48,552 nucleotides of DNA from a virus. Below are positions 46,313-48,552 of this stretch, piece by piece. The notes under the pieces were generated by a model that searched no databases, was not told the origin of the DNA, and saw only the letters and a list, made by a program, of their open reading frames with translations. The position numbers were made by a program, and so were the translations under genes. Location of the stretch: UHGV virus genome UHGV-0142349, one strand, 5' to 3'. Numbering within the stretch: position 1 is the first letter of the stretch; every line of letters starts with the position of its first letter.

Positions 46313-46325
46313 GGACGCCTCGACA

Positions 46326-46607
46326 ATGAAACGCAAAATTATTAACCCCCAAGATGTGATTAATTTCCTGACCGATCACCCATGTTCAAAAGTGGACGTA
46401 ATCGCGGAGCACATTGGTGTGTCGCAGAACTCTATGCGTTGCAGACTGAGAAGCATGGTTGCCGAAGGACAGATAACAACCAGGAAAATAAATGGTTGCC
46501 TGTACTACTCCGCTAAACCGGAATTGCCATTTGGCATGAATCCTAACTCCATGTTGTTTAACACCTTATTAGCCAAAGTTAAGCCGTTGAGAGGGGCTGT
46601 GGCATGA
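46326..46607 (+). CDS. hypothetical protein
   Basis: Start ATG 46326 chosen over track start 46305, which lies in the AT-rich motif. Confidence 0.4.
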   Translation: MKRKIINPQDVINFLTDHPCSKVDVIAEHIGVSQNSMRCRLRSMVAEGQITTRKINGCLYYSAKPELPFGMNPNSMLFNTLLAKVKPLRGAVA

Positions 46608-46969
46608 GCATCAAAACCCATACCGGAATAATCATTACCAATGATGGTGAGAAAAGAGTGAAGTTGCGCGAAACGCCGACAACCTGGTGTGTTGGTCCGA
46701 AAGAAACATATCGCAAGGAAGATGGCCGTCGTTGTGGGGCACCACTTTCCCGCCGTCGCCTCCTTTTAAGCACGATAAAACCTATCGGGCAGTTTGAGCA
46801 ACCAACGACTCCGGTAACGAAGATTTCAGACAAGAGTCTGGCAAACCTGATCGCTGATGCGGACAAGGTACTGGAGAGGAACACCCCAGTAGCCAATGAG
46901 GAATGGTGGCAGGATTTCCGAGCCGCAATGCTAGAGCTTCAGGAACGTCGTCGGGAGGAGTTGAAGTGA
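46604..46969 (+). CDS. hypothetical protein
   Basis: 121 aa, overlapping start. Confidence 0.4.
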   Translation: MSIKTHTGIIITNDGEKRVKLRETPTTWCVGPKETYRKEDGRRCGAPLSRRRLLLSTIKPIGQFEQPTTPVTKISDKSLANLIADADKVLERNTPVANEEWWQDFRAAMLELQERRREELK

Positions 46970-47157
46970 GCAAGAAAAATGCCGGATGGGTCAGGCCAAT
47001 GAAGGCGAATAAACATCATTATTTTAATGAAGATGAAGTAACCAGCATTTGCGGCCGTTGGATGTATTTTGGTGATTACCGTGAGCCAGACACTTTTGAG
47101 AGTCCTGATGATTGCGTGTCTTGTCGCCGGAAATTGAACAAGGTGGCTTCTAAATGA
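46966..47157 (+). CDS. small Cys-containing protein (putative zinc ribbon)
   Basis: GTG 46966 with GGAGG upstream; CGRW..CVSCRR. Confidence 0.35.
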   Translation: MSKKNAGWVRPMKANKHHYFNEDEVTSICGRWMYFGDYREPDTFESPDDCVSCRRKLNKVASK

Positions 47158-47771
47158 AAGAACGTGGTGTTGTTTTTAATGACGATATGGTTAGGGCCAT
47201 CCTCGAAGGAAGGAAGACGCAGACTCGCCGACCTGTAAAAAATGTCAGGGCCGATAACTGCCTGGTTATCCGTAAACCGACAAAGAAACGCAATGGTGTC
47301 TATACCCACGTTATGGATGCACCTGAACATGGTTTATGCCCGTTCGGTAACGTTGGTGATCGCATATGGGTCCGTGAAACATTCAACGCTTTTTGGCTGG
47401 ATAACGATGTCATTCAGGAAATCAAAGATGGTGTCTCTCTGGCTTCTGAACTGTGTGATTACAAGGCTGATTACTCAGATAGTAGCAAGCCAGCTGAGGG
47501 CTGGACCCCGTCGATTCACATGCCACGTTGGGCCAGCCGCATTCTGTTGGAAATAACCGACGTGCGTGTGGAACGGCTGCATGACATGAGCGAGGCAGAT
47601 GCTAAAGCTGAAGGCGCATCTCCGGCGACGTACAAAATTACACCGCCGGAAGCTGTTTATCGTGTTGGCTTTGGTGATATCTGGCGCGGTATTTACGGGC
47701 AAGAGAACTGGCTATCTAACCCGTGGGTATGGGTAATTGAGTTTAAGCGTATTCAGGAGGGCAACCAGTGA
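47154..47771 (+). CDS. conserved phage protein (ASCH/PUA-like, tentative)
   Basis: N-terminal MVRAILEGRKTQTRRP resembles ASCH GxKTxExR motif. Confidence 0.4.
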   Translation: MKERGVVFNDDMVRAILEGRKTQTRRPVKNVRADNCLVIRKPTKKRNGVYTHVMDAPEHGLCPFGNVGDRIWVRETFNAFWLDNDVIQEIKDGVSLASELCDYKADYSDSSKPAEGWTPSIHMPRWASRILLEITDVRVERLHDMSEADAKAEGASPATYKITPPEAVYRVGFGDIWRGIYGQENWLSNPWVWVIEFKRIQEGNQ

Positions 47772-48331
47772 GTAACCAATGGCGACCAGATATTTGCCCT
47801 ATAACCGGACGTGCATTTTTCATGTGGATTGAGCATCCGGAATTGGGAAATGTACCGACGTACGGTGGCCCATTAGACAGTTACACCATTCCAACAAAGG
47901 ACGGTGACGGTGAGTTTTCATGTGAGCGTTACGATCATGATTTCGGCGGTTGGGTAGAAAGCGAATGTCTTGGGTTATATCTGATTGATGATAAAGAGCA
48001 ATGCAGAGTCTACGAACTGGAGGAACGCGTTAAGGAGCTGGAAGCGCGGGAAATAAAACCAGCCAAAGGTGAAGTTCTTGTCGTTGTATCTGGTTTTACT
48101 GGTTGCGGAAAAAGCGCCATTGCCGGGGAAATAGAAATTGCGATGAAGGCTATTGGTGTACCGGTTCAGTGGACTAATGGCGATGCAGAAAAGCGCATGA
48201 CTGGTGCTGACTGGCTGACAGCAATTGAGATGTACAAACCAACTGTGCGCATCGTGGAAGTTAATGTGCCACGCGTCGCTGGCATTCGCATCAAAGGAGA
48301 CGCAGGAGAGCAAAACGATGAAAAACCGTAA
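47768..48331 (+). CDS. hypothetical protein with P-loop (Walker A) motif
   Basis: GFTGCGKS Walker A-like motif in C-terminal half. Confidence 0.4.
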   Translation: MSNQWRPDICPITGRAFFMWIEHPELGNVPTYGGPLDSYTIPTKDGDGEFSCERYDHDFGGWVESECLGLYLIDDKEQCRVYELEERVKELEAREIKPAKGEVLVVVSGFTGCGKSAIAGEIEIAMKAIGVPVQWTNGDAEKRMTGADWLTAIEMYKPTVRIVEVNVPRVAGIRIKGDAGEQNDEKP

Positions 48332-48509
48332 GGCAAAGATGCTGATAGCAAAGCCCGGGCAGCGTATCCGTATCTCAAATCGGCTTGTTATTTACTATAG
48401 ATATCTGGGTTTTAGGGGGTGTTCCTCTATTCGTTTTTACGGTGTCTGGCGGAGCAGAAGCGCGGCGCAAAACCGCTGGAAAAACCACTTGCGCACTAAA
48501 GGAGAGTGA
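48318..48509 (+). CDS. hypothetical small basic protein
   Basis: ATG 48318 overlapping previous stop; 63 aa. Confidence 0.25.
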   Translation: MKNRKAKMLIAKPGQRIRISNRLVIYYRYLGFRGCSSIRFYGVWRSRSAAQNRWKNHLRTKGE

Positions 48510-48510
48510 T

Positions 48511-48552
48511 ATGGCGTTAACACACCGCGAACTCTGTCAGATTGCGTACAAG
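48511..48552 (+). CDS. 5' end of a gene (partial)
   Basis: ATG 48511 preceded by AAGGAGAG; open to window edge. Confidence 0.3.
   Translation, partial: MALTHRELCQIAYK

Overview
The window reads as most of a temperate, contractile-tailed (myovirus-type) phage genome that also carries plasmid-maintenance functions, i.e. a candidate phage-plasmid; no integrase or att site is visible. All calls are from reading the sequence and ORF translations by eye; no database search or folding was run. Left to right on the + strand: a lysis cassette (holin-like proteins, GH108-type endolysin, overlapping i-/o-spanins), a phage tRNA with CAU anticodon, an accessory block with an MT-A70 adenine methyltransferase and three paralogous ParB-like nuclease-domain proteins (one fused to a SAM methyltransferase fold), lambda-like packaging and head genes, and a P2-like tail module with a -1 frameshifted chaperone. 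The tail fiber ends in a Mu G-like invertible segment (about 28462..31533) bounded by 29-bp inverted repeats and followed by a Gin/Hin-family invertase. Downstream lie an IncFII-type replicon (RepA with a CopA-like antisense leader, DnaA box and AT-rich origin), a HigB/HigA-like toxin-antitoxin pair, an antirepressor operon, a ParA/ParG-like partition module, a LexA-like CI repressor with a divergent Cro-like gene, and nin-region-like early genes. The most unusual signals are: three near-identical ~110-bp promoter-leader cassettes in front of unrelated genes, a dispersed AT-rich near-palindromic motif (8 copies), a recurring CCACAT-N3-GTGG operator-like motif, the ParB-like/methyltransferase cluster, and a non-coding region with a small hydrophobic ORF and features suggestive of a type I toxin/sRNA locus.
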